Notes: generated by a model from the sequence alone, not told the origin. Shown: positions 27,477-37,899, numbered from the stretch's first letter. The stretch is DNA of 64,000 nucleotides from Acidimicrobiia bacterium (GCA_041576165.1 JBFGLM010000002.1:96001-160000); one strand, 5' to 3'. Translations and numbers: made by a program.

Positions 27477-28522
27477 TTGCGCTGCTCGTCTCCGCCACAG
27501 CCGCACTGCTGATTTCGATCATCGGCACACCCGCTGCGATCGCAGTGCTGCGACGGCGCCAGGTCGGCCAGTTCATTCAGGAGGAGGTCGAAGGCCACTA
27601 TCACAAACAGGGCACGCCCACCATGGGGGGTGTCGTGATGGTGGCAGCGGCCGTGGTGGCCTACCTAGCCGCCCACATATCGCTGTGGACGCCCGGCGAC
27701 GGCCTGCGGTTGTCGGCTGAGCCGCTACGCACCGGAGGCCTGCTGGCGCTGCTGGCGCTGGTCGGGATGGCCATCATCGGATTCCTGGACGACTTCATCA
27801 AGACCCATCGCCGGCGATCGCTGGGCCTCAGCATCCGCAGCAAATTCGCCGGCCAACTCCTGATAGCCATCCTCTTCGCAGTCGGTGCCGACCAGGCGGG
27901 AGTGTCGACTGAGCTCTCATTTGTCCGCCCCCTGGGGCTGGACCTAGGTGTCTTCTTTGTCGTGCTCGTGCTGTTGATGCTGACCGGGGCGGCCAACGGT
28001 GCCAACCTGGCGGACGGGATGGACGGCCTGGCCGCGGGCTCTGCCGCCCTCATGTTCGGCGCCTTTACGATCATCGCCTTCTGGCAGTCGCGGAACCTCG
28101 ATCTCTATGCGGCGAAGGACCCGCGCGAGTTGGCAATCCTGTCGGCAGCGATGCTGGGAGCGATCCTCGGGTTCCTGTGGTGGAACGCCCCTCCGGCCCG
28201 CATCTTCATGGGCGATGTCGGGTCGAACGCCATTGGGGGACTACTGGCAGCACTCGCTCTGCTGACCAGCACCCAGCTGCTACTGGCGGTGCTGGCCGGT
28301 TTGTACGTGGCCGAAACGCTGTCGGTGATCATCCAGGTGTTCAGCTTCCGCACTTTCGGCAAACGGGTCTTCCGGATGGCCCCCATCCACCACCACTTTG
28401 AGATAGGGGGGTGGCCCGAGACAACCATCGTGATCCGGTTTTGGATATTGGCCGGGATCGGCGTGGCGCTGGCGCTCGGCTTCTTCTACGCCGACTTCCT
28501 ACGAGCTGAGGGGCTGCTCTGA
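27473..28522 (+). CDS. mraY: Phospho-MurNAc-pentapeptide transferase
   Basis: GTPTMGG, GFLDD, N..DGMDGL, IFMGD.G and MAPIHHHFE. Confidence 0.97.
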   Translation: MIALLVSATAALLISIIGTPAAIAVLRRRQVGQFIQEEVEGHYHKQGTPTMGGVVMVAAAVVAYLAAHISLWTPGDGLRLSAEPLRTGGLLALLALVGMAIIGFLDDFIKTHRRRSLGLSIRSKFAGQLLIAILFAVGADQAGVSTELSFVRPLGLDLGVFFVVLVLLMLTGAANGANLADGMDGLAAGSAALMFGAFTIIAFWQSRNLDLYAAKDPRELAILSAAMLGAILGFLWWNAPPARIFMGDVGSNAIGGLLAALALLTSTQLLLAVLAGLYVAETLSVIIQVFSFRTFGKRVFRMAPIHHHFEIGGWPETTIVIRFWILAGIGVALALGFFYADFLRAEGLL

Positions 28523-29811
28523 TGCGGGCGCTGGTGTTGGGTGGCAGCGTCACCGGCCGGGCGGCCGTGCAGCTGCTCGGCCGTTTGGGCTACGCGGTGA
28601 CCGTATACGACGAAATGCCCTTAGACCCCCGCGACGTCGCTCCGGCTGCCATGGTCACCGGCGCCTGGTCGGATGAGCTGCTGGACGCCGTCGACCTCGT
28701 CGTGACGAGCCCCGGCTTCAAGCCGTCGTCGCCACCGATCATGGCTGCGAGGGCGCGCAGGGTCCCGTTGTGGGGTGATATCGAGCTGGCGATGCGCCAC
28801 CTGCATGTCCCGTTCGTTGCTGTCACCGGCACCAACGGCAAGACCACGGTGGTGGAAATGATCGCGGCCATCCTGTCTGCAGAAGGGATGAGGGCACCGG
28901 CCGCCGGCAACATCGGGGAGCCGCCGGCCGATCTGGTCGGCGAAGACATCGACGCCCTGGTGCTCGAAGTATCGAGTTTTCAGCTGTTCTACAGCGAGAC
29001 GTTTCATCCTCCGGTTGCGGTCTTGCTCAACGTTGCGCCGGACCACCTCGATTGGCATGGTTCGATGGAGGACTACGTCGCCGCCAAGGCCCGGATCTTC
29101 CGACGCCAGCAACCGGATGACACGCTGGTGTACTCCGTCGACGACGCCGGCGCCCGCAGCCTGGTCGGAGAGGCGCGGGGTCGCTTGGTCGGCGTGTCTG
29201 GTCACGAGGCCCCCGCCGGCGGGGCGGGTCCGGCAGGGGACGGATTTGTGCTTCCCACCGGACGGATACCGCTGAGAGAGCTCGCAGCAGACGATCCGAT
29301 CTTCCTGGTGGACTTTGCTGCTGCCGCAGTCGCCGCTCACTGTCTCGGCGCCGGCCACGAGGCGATCCGCCGTACCGGGCGCTCCTTTCAGCCCGGGCAC
29401 CATCGCCGGACGTTGGTTGGGACATGGGACGGGGTGAAATGGGTCAATGATTCAAAGGCGAGCAACCCGCACGCGGCGGTGGCCGCAATCGCCGCGTATC
29501 CCTCGGTCGTGCTGATTGCCGGCGGCCGCAACAAGGGCCTCGATCTCTCGCCGCTGGCCGCCGTGTCTACCGTGCGCTACATCGTTGCGATCGGCGAGGC
29601 CGCCGACGAACTGCTGGCGGCCGCAGGCGCCGTGCCCCACGCCCGGGCTTCGACCATGCGCGAGGCGGTCCATATCGCCGACACCGTGGCCCGTCCCGGC
29701 GACACCGTGCTCCTTTCGCCGGGGTGCGCCAGCTTCGACATGTTCTCCTCCTACGGAGAGCGAGGCGACGTGTTCACAGCCGAGGTCAAAGCTCGTAAGG
29801 AGGCAGCATGA
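28522..29811 (+). CDS. murD: UDP-MurNAc-L-Ala:D-Glu ligase
   Basis: SPG, VTGTNGKTT, EVSSFQL, DHLDWH, NDSKASN and LSPGCASFD. Confidence 0.96.
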   Translation: MRALVLGGSVTGRAAVQLLGRLGYAVTVYDEMPLDPRDVAPAAMVTGAWSDELLDAVDLVVTSPGFKPSSPPIMAARARRVPLWGDIELAMRHLHVPFVAVTGTNGKTTVVEMIAAILSAEGMRAPAAGNIGEPPADLVGEDIDALVLEVSSFQLFYSETFHPPVAVLLNVAPDHLDWHGSMEDYVAAKARIFRRQQPDDTLVYSVDDAGARSLVGEARGRLVGVSGHEAPAGGAGPAGDGFVLPTGRIPLRELAADDPIFLVDFAAAAVAAHCLGAGHEAIRRTGRSFQPGHHRRTLVGTWDGVKWVNDSKASNPHAAVAAIAAYPSVVLIAGGRNKGLDLSPLAAVSTVRYIVAIGEAADELLAAAGAVPHARASTMREAVHIADTVARPGDTVLLSPGCASFDMFSSYGERGDVFTAEVKARKEAA

Positions 29812-30977
29812 GTGCCCGGGTGACATCGATCACGAGTATTCGGACGGCTGCCCGGCGGCGGGAGGTCGCCCGGACCACCAACTCTCGACTCGTGTCGTTG
29901 ATGCTGGTCATCGTCGGGATTCTCACCGTCATCGGCCTGGGTGCCACGCTGTCCGCCTCCTCGGTCCCAGGACTGCTGTCCGATGCCAAAGACAGCCTGG
30001 TGTTCTTCAAGCGCCAGGTCGCCTGGGTGCTGCTGGGTGTCGTTGTGATGTTCGTGGCAAGCCGGGTCCCGTACGACTGGTACCGGCGACTGGCCCTCCC
30101 TATCTTCCTCATCAGCGTGACCGGGTTGGCTGCGGTGCTCATGTTCGGGATCGAGGAAGGGGGAGCGAAACGCTGGCTGGATCTCGGCCCCGTCGCGCTC
30201 CAGCCGTCCGAGTTCGCCAAATTCGGCACGATCGTGTTCCTCGCAACCATCTTCAGCCGCAAGGGCCTGCTGGTGACCGACTTCAATCACTTTCTGGTTC
30301 CGGTGGCTGCGGCGGCCGGGCTGACCGGACTGCTGGTGATCCTCGAGAAGGATCTCGGCACCACCATCATCATCGGAGCTGCGGTCGGCGCAGTGCTGAT
30401 CGCGTCTGAAGCACCGCTGCTGTTCACATTCACCACCAGCCTCGTCGGGGGGCTGATGGCGGCGGCGCTGGCGCTGGCCGAGCCCTACCGGCGCGGGCGC
30501 GTGCTGTGCTTCCTGGATCCGTTCTCGGATCCGCTCGGCGACTGTTACCAGCTGGGACAGAGTCTGCTGGCCTTGGGGTCCGGTCACCTGTTCGGCGTTG
30601 GACTAGGTGCCAGCCGAGCGCGGTGGTCGTACCTCCCGAATGCGCACACCGACTTCATCTTCGCCATCATGGGCGAGGAAACGGGGTTCGCGGGGGCATT
30701 GATGGTGCTGCTGCTCTTCGCAGCCCTGTCGGTGATCGGAGTGGTGGTCGCCCATCGTGCGATCGACCCATTCGGACGCATGCTCGCTGCGGGGATCACC
30801 GCCTGGCTGTCGGCGCAGGCAATCGTGAATATCGGCGGGGTGGTCGGGATCATGCCCATCACCGGCCTCGCATTGCCGTTCGTCTCGGTGGGCGGCAGCG
30901 CATTGGTCATGGCGATGGGCGCGGCCGGCGTGCTCATGAATATCGCGCACACCGGGAAAGGAAAGGTCAAACGGTGA
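29808..30977 (+). CDS. ftsW: SEDS family protein FtsW
   Basis: GAKRW, QPSEFAK, DLGT, LPNAHTDFIF..GEE.G and LPFVS.GGS. Confidence 0.96.
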   Translation: MSARVTSITSIRTAARRREVARTTNSRLVSLMLVIVGILTVIGLGATLSASSVPGLLSDAKDSLVFFKRQVAWVLLGVVVMFVASRVPYDWYRRLALPIFLISVTGLAAVLMFGIEEGGAKRWLDLGPVALQPSEFAKFGTIVFLATIFSRKGLLVTDFNHFLVPVAAAAGLTGLLVILEKDLGTTIIIGAAVGAVLIASEAPLLFTFTTSLVGGLMAAALALAEPYRRGRVLCFLDPFSDPLGDCYQLGQSLLALGSGHLFGVGLGASRARWSYLPNAHTDFIFAIMGEETGFAGALMVLLLFAALSVIGVVVAHRAIDPFGRMLAAGITAWLSAQAIVNIGGVVGIMPITGLALPFVSVGGSALVMAMGAAGVLMNIAHTGKGKVKR

Positions 30978-32056
30978 AGTATGCGCTGGCCGCAGCCGGC
31001 ACCGGCGGACATGTCTACCCGGCGCTCGCAGTGGGTGAAGCCTTGACCGCGGCCGGGGTGGCTCCGAGCGACGTTGTGGTCATCGGAGGCGACCGGCTGG
31101 AGGCGACGGTCTTTCCCGCCGCCGGGTTTCCGTTCGAACGCCTGGAGGTGCGCGGATTCAATCGCGGCCGGATGGCCGCCAATCTCGGGATTCCCCGCAT
31201 GTTGGTGAGAGCGCGTTCCCGAGCGGCTGCGATACTGCAAGAGCACAAGGTCGGGGTTGTGCTCGGGTTCGGCAATTACATCACAGTGCCGGTCGCGATG
31301 GCCGCCCGCAAGCTCGACGTTCCACTGTTTGTGCACGAACAGAACGCTCATCCCGGCCTCGCCAACCGCTTGGCCAGTCGCTGGGCCGAACGCGCCTTCG
31401 TCTCGTTCCCGGACACCCCTCAGCTCCACCGGCCCGAGTTCACCGGCAACCCGCTTCGGTCACAATTCGACGGGTTCGACCGAGATTCCCTCCGTCCCCG
31501 AGCTCGGGAGCGCTACGGGCTCGATGCTGATCAACTCACGCTTGGGGTGTTCGGCGGCAGTCTCGGAGCTCGAGCCATCAACGATGCAGTAGCGACGATG
31601 CTGGCTGAGTGGTCTGGTCCGCCGATGCAAGTCATCCATCTGGTCGGTGACAAAGGAAGTCCGGATCCGGCCGAGCGGCGGTCGCCGGCCGCGGTTCGAT
31701 GGACGGTCAGACAGTTCGAGGATCGCATGGATCTGTTCTATGCGGCGCTCGACTTGGTCATCGCCCGGGCAGGGGGCGGCATCGCTGAGGTGCTGGCTAC
31801 GGCCACGCCGGCCATCCTGATTCCGGGTGGATTCGGCTCGGGAGGCCATCAGCTGGCCAACGCCGGATACGCGGCCGAAGCCGGAGCCGCCGCGATAGTT
31901 CCTGAGGCGGAGCTGAGCCGGCTCACCTCCGTGGTCACGGACCTCGCGACCCACCCCGACGCGCGGCTTGGTATGTCTGCGGCAGCTCGCAGTATTGCGC
32001 GGACCGATGCCGCGCATGTCATCGCCCGGCGTTTGATGGCGGCCGCACATGGTTGA
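30974..32056 (+). CDS. murG: Lipid I GlcNAc transferase
   Basis: GTGGHVYP, HEQNA.PG.ANR, GNP.R and GGSLGA..IN. Confidence 0.96.
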   Translation: MKYALAAAGTGGHVYPALAVGEALTAAGVAPSDVVVIGGDRLEATVFPAAGFPFERLEVRGFNRGRMAANLGIPRMLVRARSRAAAILQEHKVGVVLGFGNYITVPVAMAARKLDVPLFVHEQNAHPGLANRLASRWAERAFVSFPDTPQLHRPEFTGNPLRSQFDGFDRDSLRPRARERYGLDADQLTLGVFGGSLGARAINDAVATMLAEWSGPPMQVIHLVGDKGSPDPAERRSPAAVRWTVRQFEDRMDLFYAALDLVIARAGGGIAEVLATATPAILIPGGFGSGGHQLANAGYAAEAGAAAIVPEAELSRLTSVVTDLATHPDARLGMSAAARSIARTDAAHVIARRLMAAAHG

Positions 32057-33422
32057 CCTGTCAACACCGCGACGGGTGCACATGATCGGCATTGGTGGAG
32101 CCGGGATGAGCGGACTTGCCAAGCTCCTGCACCAAATGGGCCACACAGTCACCGGCTCCGACATGAAGACAGGCTCGATCATGCGCGACCTCGAAGATCT
32201 CGGTCTCGACGTATGGGAGGGAAGCCGGCCGGCCAGGGTCGCCGAACTGGACTTGCTGGTTGCGTCGAGTGCGGTGCCGGGTTCAGATCCGGAGCGCCGG
32301 GCGGCCGAAGAGGCGGGGGTCGTCGTGTGGGACCGTCCCGATCTCCTCGAGGCAATAACTCGCGACCTGCTACGAACGATTGGTGCCACCGGCACCCACG
32401 GCAAGACCACCAGCACGGCGCTCCTGGTGAACGCACTGCGGGCGCTGGGAAGGGATCCGTCGTTCGTAGTAGGGGGCTTGCTCAGCGACTTCGGCACCCG
32501 GGCCCACCTAGGCGAGCGTGATCTGTTCGTGCTGGAAGCCGACGAGGCGTTCGGCACCTTTACCCGGTTGCATCTAGAGGGTTTGATGGTCACCAACGTT
32601 GAGGCGGACCATCTGGATCACTACGAAACGCTCGACCGGATCGAGGACACTTTCGCCGAGGTCGTGCGCCGGGTCGACGGCCCGGTGGTGGTGGGAGTCG
32701 ATGATCCGGGAGGTCGACGATTGGCGGAGCGAACCGGCCGCGCCACATACGGCACGGCGGCGGATGCCGATTGGCGGATCGTCGACCTCGCTGAGCGGGG
32801 AGATGCTGTTGAGTTCCGGCTGACCGGGCCCGGCACCAGCACCGACGTCCGGGTGGGACGGCCGGGCGTGCACGTCGCCCGCAATGCAGCGGGAGCGCTC
32901 GCGTTGTTGGGCTCCCTTGGCATGGACGTCGCTGTCGCCGCCCGACGTTTCGGTGAATTCCGGGGGGTCCACCGCCGGTTTGAGGTGCGGGCCAAGATCG
33001 GAGGGGTCACGATCATTGATGACTACGCCCATCACCCCACCGAGGTCGCCGCCAATCTCCGGGCGGCTGCGGCCGGCGACTGGTCACGGATCTGGGCGGT
33101 GTTTCAACCTCACCTGTATTCGCGAACCGAAGCGATGGCGTTCGAGTTTGGCGCCGCCTTCGCCCTGGCCGACAAAGTGGTCGTCACCGACGTGTACGGC
33201 GCCCGGGAAGCGCCGATCCCTGGAGTGAACGGCGAGCTCGTCGCCGATGCCGCCAAAGCCCGCACGGAGGCTGAGGTGTTCTACGTGCCTCGGCGAGGTG
33301 ATGTCGCGGCGTTCTTGGTTGAGCGGGTGGCTCCGGGCGATCTCGTGTTGACGTTCGGGGCGGGCGACGTGACATTGATCCCCGACGAGTTGGCCGCCAT
33401 GCTCGCGGAGCGTTTGACATGA
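32049..33422 (+). CDS. murC: UDP-MurNAc:L-Ala ligase
   Basis: IGIGGAGMSG, GTHGKTT, EADE, DDYAHHPTE and FQPH.YSRT. Confidence 0.96.
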   Translation: MVDLSTPRRVHMIGIGGAGMSGLAKLLHQMGHTVTGSDMKTGSIMRDLEDLGLDVWEGSRPARVAELDLLVASSAVPGSDPERRAAEEAGVVVWDRPDLLEAITRDLLRTIGATGTHGKTTSTALLVNALRALGRDPSFVVGGLLSDFGTRAHLGERDLFVLEADEAFGTFTRLHLEGLMVTNVEADHLDHYETLDRIEDTFAEVVRRVDGPVVVGVDDPGGRRLAERTGRATYGTAADADWRIVDLAERGDAVEFRLTGPGTSTDVRVGRPGVHVARNAAGALALLGSLGMDVAVAARRFGEFRGVHRRFEVRAKIGGVTIIDDYAHHPTEVAANLRAAAAGDWSRIWAVFQPHLYSRTEAMAFEFGAAFALADKVVVTDVYGAREAPIPGVNGELVADAAKARTEAEVFYVPRRGDVAAFLVERVAPGDLVLTFGAGDVTLIPDELAAMLAERLT

Positions 33423-34342
33423 CGCGCTGGAAGGAGCTGGTCGAGGCGGGAGTGGTAGCGACCAAAGTGATGGTCGGCGGTCTCACCACGTACAAGCTGG
33501 GCGGTCCCACCCGTTTCTTCGCAGAGCCGAAGAGCCTGGCCGAACTGCAGATGATCCTGGAGGCCCGGAATGCCGAGCCGGTGCCACTGCTGGTGATCGG
33601 CCGGGGCAGCAACCTGGTCGTTTCGGACCGCGGATTCGACGGGATCGCGCTCCGCCTGAGCGGTGATTTCTCGGAGACGCTGATCGACGGAGCCAGCGTC
33701 ACCGCCGGTGCAGCGGTGAGTCTTCCCGTGCTGGCCCGGACGGCGGCCCGGGCTTCGCTCGGTGGCCTGGAATTCTTCGTCGGTATCCCCGGTTCGGTCG
33801 GCGGGGCGATCGTGATGAACGCCGGCTGTTTCGGTACCGAAACAGCCGACGTCCTGGACAGTGCCGACATCCTCGATCTGAACAGCGGCGAGGTGCGTCA
33901 AGCTGATTCCGCCGGCCTGGAAATGACGTACCGGTCAACCAACCTCTCGGCCCGCGACCTGGTGGTGGGCGCAACCTTCCGGACTGTGCCGTCCACCCGG
34001 ACGGCCTCGGAAGCACGTATGCGCGAGATCACCAGGTGGCGCAAGGAGCACCAGCCCGGCGGCACTCTCAACGCAGGCTCAGTGTTCAAAAACCCTCCGG
34101 GCGATGCGGCCGGCCGTATCATCGACGCGTTGGGTCTCAAAGGCTTCGGCTCAGGAAAGGTGAGGGTGTCCGAACGCCACGCCAACTTCTTTGTCGCAGA
34201 ATCTGACGCGTCCGCTCAAGACGTCTGGAATCTGGTGCACGCAGTGCAGCGACGGGTACGAGAACGGACCGGCGTCGAGCTGGAACCCGAGATCCGGTTC
34301 GTCGGCCAATTCGAGCCGGTCGACGAGGGGGCGCTCGCATGA
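33419..34342 (+). CDS. murB: UDP-N-acetylenolpyruvoylglucosamine reductase
   Basis: G.GSNL, GIPGSVGG..MNAG, GSVFKNP, S..HANF and LEPE. Confidence 0.96.
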   Translation: MTRWKELVEAGVVATKVMVGGLTTYKLGGPTRFFAEPKSLAELQMILEARNAEPVPLLVIGRGSNLVVSDRGFDGIALRLSGDFSETLIDGASVTAGAAVSLPVLARTAARASLGGLEFFVGIPGSVGGAIVMNAGCFGTETADVLDSADILDLNSGEVRQADSAGLEMTYRSTNLSARDLVVGATFRTVPSTRTASEARMREITRWRKEHQPGGTLNAGSVFKNPPGDAAGRIIDALGLKGFGSGKVRVSERHANFFVAESDASAQDVWNLVHAVQRRVRERTGVELEPEIRFVGQFEPVDEGALA

Positions 34343-35124
34343 CGATGGATCCGCGCATGGCCGCGCGCCGCAGCCGGGTGGCCGAAGGGCGGGCCAAGAC
34401 TGACCTCCGGCGCGTGATGTTGCTGGCGGCGGCCGCCGCGTTGGTTGGTGGGTTCATCTGGCTGCTGACATCGCCCTACATGTCCGTGCAGCGCATCGTG
34501 ACGTACGGAGCCGACAACTCCAACGTTGCGGCGATCCTGACGCAGGAAGGTGTCACCGAAGGTCGGCCCTTGATCGCCATCCGCGCCGGCTCGGTGGCCG
34601 AGCGTCTCGAACAGGATCCCTGGATCGCCGACGCTGCGGTCGAACTCGTGTTTCCCAACCTGGTCGAAGTCACGGTGGCCGAGCGGGTCGGCGCCGCTTG
34701 GATAGACGTAGGGCAGCAGTGGGCGCAGGTGGCCCGGGACGGAGTAGTGGTCGGATATGCACCCGCCCCACCAGCCGACGCAGCCGTAGTGCGGCTGGTG
34801 GCGCCCGATCCGGGCCTCGGCGAGCCGCTCACGGACGACCTGGTGGTTGGTGCGGTCACGTTCGTGGGCGCCTTGCCGGCTCCGCTGATGCCCGGCGTGA
34901 CGATCGGAGAGGACGGAGGTGAGGTATGGGCGCGGGTGGCCGACCGGCCGGTCCGGTTGGGCACCGCCACTGATATGGCGGCCAAGGCGGCCGCGGTGGC
35001 GGCAGTGGTACAGGCGACCGACGGCGGGATCATCGATGTGATCGCCCCGTCCCGTCCGGCCGTCCGCCCAGGCGAATCCCCCCGCGACGACAACCCTCAA
35101 GTTGAGGTAGAGAGTAATGGTTGA
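34339..35124 (+). CDS. ftsQ: Cell division protein FtsQ/DivIB
   Basis: TM helix, POTRA-like region ending PWI..A.V...FPN...V.V.ER; dcw position. Confidence 0.88.
   Translation: MTMDPRMAARRSRVAEGRAKTDLRRVMLLAAAAALVGGFIWLLTSPYMSVQRIVTYGADNSNVAAILTQEGVTEGRPLIAIRAGSVAERLEQDPWIADAAVELVFPNLVEVTVAERVGAAWIDVGQQWAQVARDGVVVGYAPAPPADAAVVRLVAPDPGLGEPLTDDLVVGAVTFVGALPAPLMPGVTIGEDGGEVWARVADRPVRLGTATDMAAKAAAVAAVVQATDGGIIDVIAPSRPAVRPGESPRDDNPQVEVESNG
35092..35109. promoter_or_regulatory. Palindromic operator upstream of ftsZ (FtsR-like box)
   Basis: AACCCTCAAGTTGAGGTA imperfect inverted repeat in a locally AT-rich stretch; a second near-palindrome lies at 35153-35169. Confidence 0.55.
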
Positions 35125-35543
35125 GTCCTTTACGGCACGCGGTTGTGAGGTTAAGTTCAACTTCAGCTTGACCGCGGTGCGTGGTGCGGACGGTCGCCGA
35201 GGCGCCCATGAGAACGGTGCGAGCCGGGAGGAAACCGGCACGAGCCGGGATGTCGGCAGGGGCCTGGTCGATGCGGAGCTCGAGCCGATAGCCCGGCATG
35301 CCGGTCGGAGTCGGGAACCGCCCGGAATCGTCTACACGACCACGGGCCGCGCGGAGCGGACAAGCAGAGAACGGGCCGCCCGCCACGGTGGGGATGTCCT
35401 CGTGATGTGTCGGCCGACGCTGAGCGATAGCAATGAATGATGCAGGATTCAACGACGAACCGGGGCAGCAGCCTACGGACGGATCACACGACGAACCGCG
35501 CGCGCCGCGGCACGCCCATGACCCATCGACAAAGGACCCACCC

Positions 35544-36608
35544 ATGACGCAACGTGCACCGAGCGGCCCCCACAGTTATCTCGCCGTCATCAAGGTGGTC
35601 GGCGTCGGCGGGGGCGGCGTGAACGCGGTGAATCGGATGATCGAGGCAGGCGTTCGTGGCGTCGAGTTCATCGCGGTCAACACGGATGCCCAGGCGCTGT
35701 TGATGTCCGATGCGGACATCAAGCTCGATCTCGGTCGCGACGTCACCCGCGGCCTGGGTGCCGGTGCCAACCCCGAGGTTGGCCGGACCGCTGCTGAGGC
35801 CCATCGCGAGGAGCTCGAGGATGTGCTCAAAGGCGCCGACATGGTGTTCGTCACGGCCGGAGAGGGCGGCGGCACCGGCACCGGCGGGGCACCGGTGGTT
35901 GCCGAGGTGGCGCGGAGTCTCGGTTCTCTGACAGTGGGCGTAGTGACTCGCCCCTTTGGCTTCGAGGGGCGGCGTCGGTCGGTGGCGGCCGAACAGGGAA
36001 TCCAGGAACTGCGCGATTCCGTGGACACGCTGATCATCATCCCCAACGACAAGCTGTTGGAGTTGACCGACGACAAGACCAGCGTCGTGGATGCCTTCGC
36101 GATGGCCGACGAGATCCTCATGAACGGCGTGGCCGGCATCACCGACATGATCACGACGCCCGGCTTGATCAACGTCGACTTCGCCGACGTCAAGACCGTC
36201 ATGGCCGAAGCCGGATCCGCCGTGATGGGCATCGGGCGCTCCTCCGGAGAGGGCCGGGCACTCCAGGCTGCCGAACGGGCCATGTCGTCGCCGCTGCTCG
36301 AGACGTCGATGGAAGGCGCTCGCGGGGTGCTGCTGTCCGTTGCCGGGCCGCCCAACATGACCCTGCATGAAGTGAACGACGCGGCAGTGGCGGTCTCCGA
36401 TCACTGTGACGACGACGCCCAGATCATCTTCGGGGCGGTCATCGATGACACCCTCGGCGAGGAGATGTCCGTGACGGTGATAGCAGCCGGGTTCGAACGG
36501 GGACGGCGTCAAACCCGTGCGTTCACCTCAGGCGTCATGACGGGGGCAGGTGAGCGCATTGATGACGGCGGTCTGGATCTCGACATCCCGGACTTTGTCG
36601 AAGGCTGA
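35544..36608 (+). CDS. ftsZ: Cell division protein FtsZ
   Basis: GVGGGGVNAVNRM, GGGTGTG and INVDFAD; C-terminal DLDIPDF. ATG 35544 follows AAAGGA. Confidence 0.98.
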   Translation: MTQRAPSGPHSYLAVIKVVGVGGGGVNAVNRMIEAGVRGVEFIAVNTDAQALLMSDADIKLDLGRDVTRGLGAGANPEVGRTAAEAHREELEDVLKGADMVFVTAGEGGGTGTGGAPVVAEVARSLGSLTVGVVTRPFGFEGRRRSVAAEQGIQELRDSVDTLIIIPNDKLLELTDDKTSVVDAFAMADEILMNGVAGITDMITTPGLINVDFADVKTVMAEAGSAVMGIGRSSGEGRALQAAERAMSSPLLETSMEGARGVLLSVAGPPNMTLHEVNDAAVAVSDHCDDDAQIIFGAVIDDTLGEEMSVTVIAAGFERGRRQTRAFTSGVMTGAGERIDDGGLDLDIPDFVEG

Positions 36609-37239
36609 AGCCGCCCGGCTCTTCATTCGGCCCTCCGGTATCCGCGGGGCTGCGTTCTCGACGGCCGCCGCAGGAGACCTGCGCGGAGGCGACCGAACGA
36701 TGATCGCCGGAGAGCTGGGGCTCGAGCGTGAGTGGGCGACCGTTCGCCAGGTTCACAGGACGGACGTCCGGCGGGCGGAGGGCCCGGGTGATGCCGGGGA
36801 GGGCGACGCACTATTCACTACGGTCCGGGCCCTCCCGCTCGTGGTATTCACCGCCGACTGCGCCGGAGTGGTGATCGAAGCGGCCGGCGCGGTCGGTGTC
36901 GCCCACGGAGGTTGGCGCGGGACGGCTGCCGGCGTCGCCGCCGAGCTGGTAGCGGCCATGGAGGCGGCGGGTCACTCCCCGCAGCGGGCGGCGGTGGGCC
37001 CGACGATCGGTCCATGCTGCTACGAGGTAGGGCAAGAGGTCGTCCGGCTGTTCCCAGGGTTCGTCACGGAGACCACATGGGGAGCACCCAGTGTCGATCT
37101 GGTTTCGGCGTTGCGCGACCAGCTGGTCGGAATCGAGGTCGTGGTCAGTGGCGGCTGCACACGCTGTGACCTGGGCTACTTCTCGCACCGCCGCAATCAG
37201 ACCGGGCATCGCATGGCTGCGATCGGCTGGCTGCCGTGA
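36595..37239 (+). CDS. pgeF: PgeF/YlmD (laccase-domain) protein; start uncertain
   Basis: QVH, GDAL.T, TADC, AHGGWRG, GP.IG.CCYEV, CT.C and FSHRR. Confidence 0.88.
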   Translation: MSKAEAARLFIRPSGIRGAAFSTAAAGDLRGGDRTMIAGELGLEREWATVRQVHRTDVRRAEGPGDAGEGDALFTTVRALPLVVFTADCAGVVIEAAGAVGVAHGGWRGTAAGVAAELVAAMEAAGHSPQRAAVGPTIGPCCYEVGQEVVRLFPGFVTETTWGAPSVDLVSALRDQLVGIEVVVSGGCTRCDLGYFSHRRNQTGHRMAAIGWLP

Positions 37240-37892
37240 AACTCGATGAGGTGCGGGACCGGGTGGCGGCAGCTGCGGAGCGAGGGGGACGCTCGCCGGC
37301 TGAGATCACCCTGGTTGCGGTGAGCAAGGGTCAGCCCCTCAGTGCGGTCGAAGCCGCCTATGAACTCGGCCAGCGGGACTTCGGCGAGAGTCGAGCGCAG
37401 GAGCTGGTAAGCAAGATCCCGCACCTGCCGAATGACAGTCGCTGGCATTTCATCGGCCCTCTCCAGAGGAACAAGGTGCGCCTGGTCCGTCCATCGGTGG
37501 TGCTGCTCCAATCTCTCGACCGAGTGAGCCTGGCCGCAGCCTGGCTCAAGGGTCCCGGAGTGGCGCCGCCAGCCCTGCTGCAGATCAACATCGGCCGGGA
37601 GCCGCAGAAATCGGGAGTGGATCCGACCGATACCCAGTCGGCGCTGGCGGAGATGCGTGCCCTCGGTGTGGACGTCCAGGGGGTGATGGCGATACCGCCG
37701 TACCTCAGCGACGGCGACCAGCTTCGGCCATATTTCCGGGAGCTGGTGGAACTCCGAGATTCGCTGGCTGCCCACGATTGCCCGCTCCCGATCGTGTCGA
37801 TGGGCATGACCGACGATTATGAGGTGGCAATCGAGGAAGGATCGACCATGATACGGGTCGGACGGGCTATCTTTGGCGAGCGCACAAGGTAG
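37236..37892 (+). CDS. yggS: PLP homeostasis protein YggS
   Basis: LVAVSK, FGESRAQE, WHFIG.LQ.NK, SMGM..D and RVGRAIFG. Confidence 0.95.
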   Translation: MKLDEVRDRVAAAAERGGRSPAEITLVAVSKGQPLSAVEAAYELGQRDFGESRAQELVSKIPHLPNDSRWHFIGPLQRNKVRLVRPSVVLLQSLDRVSLAAAWLKGPGVAPPALLQINIGREPQKSGVDPTDTQSALAEMRALGVDVQGVMAIPPYLSDGDQLRPYFRELVELRDSLAAHDCPLPIVSMGMTDDYEVAIEEGSTMIRVGRAIFGERTR

Positions 37893-37899
37893 GCGTGAG

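Noticed and set aside
35117-35440. 107-aa ORF between ftsQ and ftsZ (possible FtsA remnant)
   Set aside because: No actin-like motifs or RBS, and it overlaps the putative operators; more likely regulatory or leader DNA.
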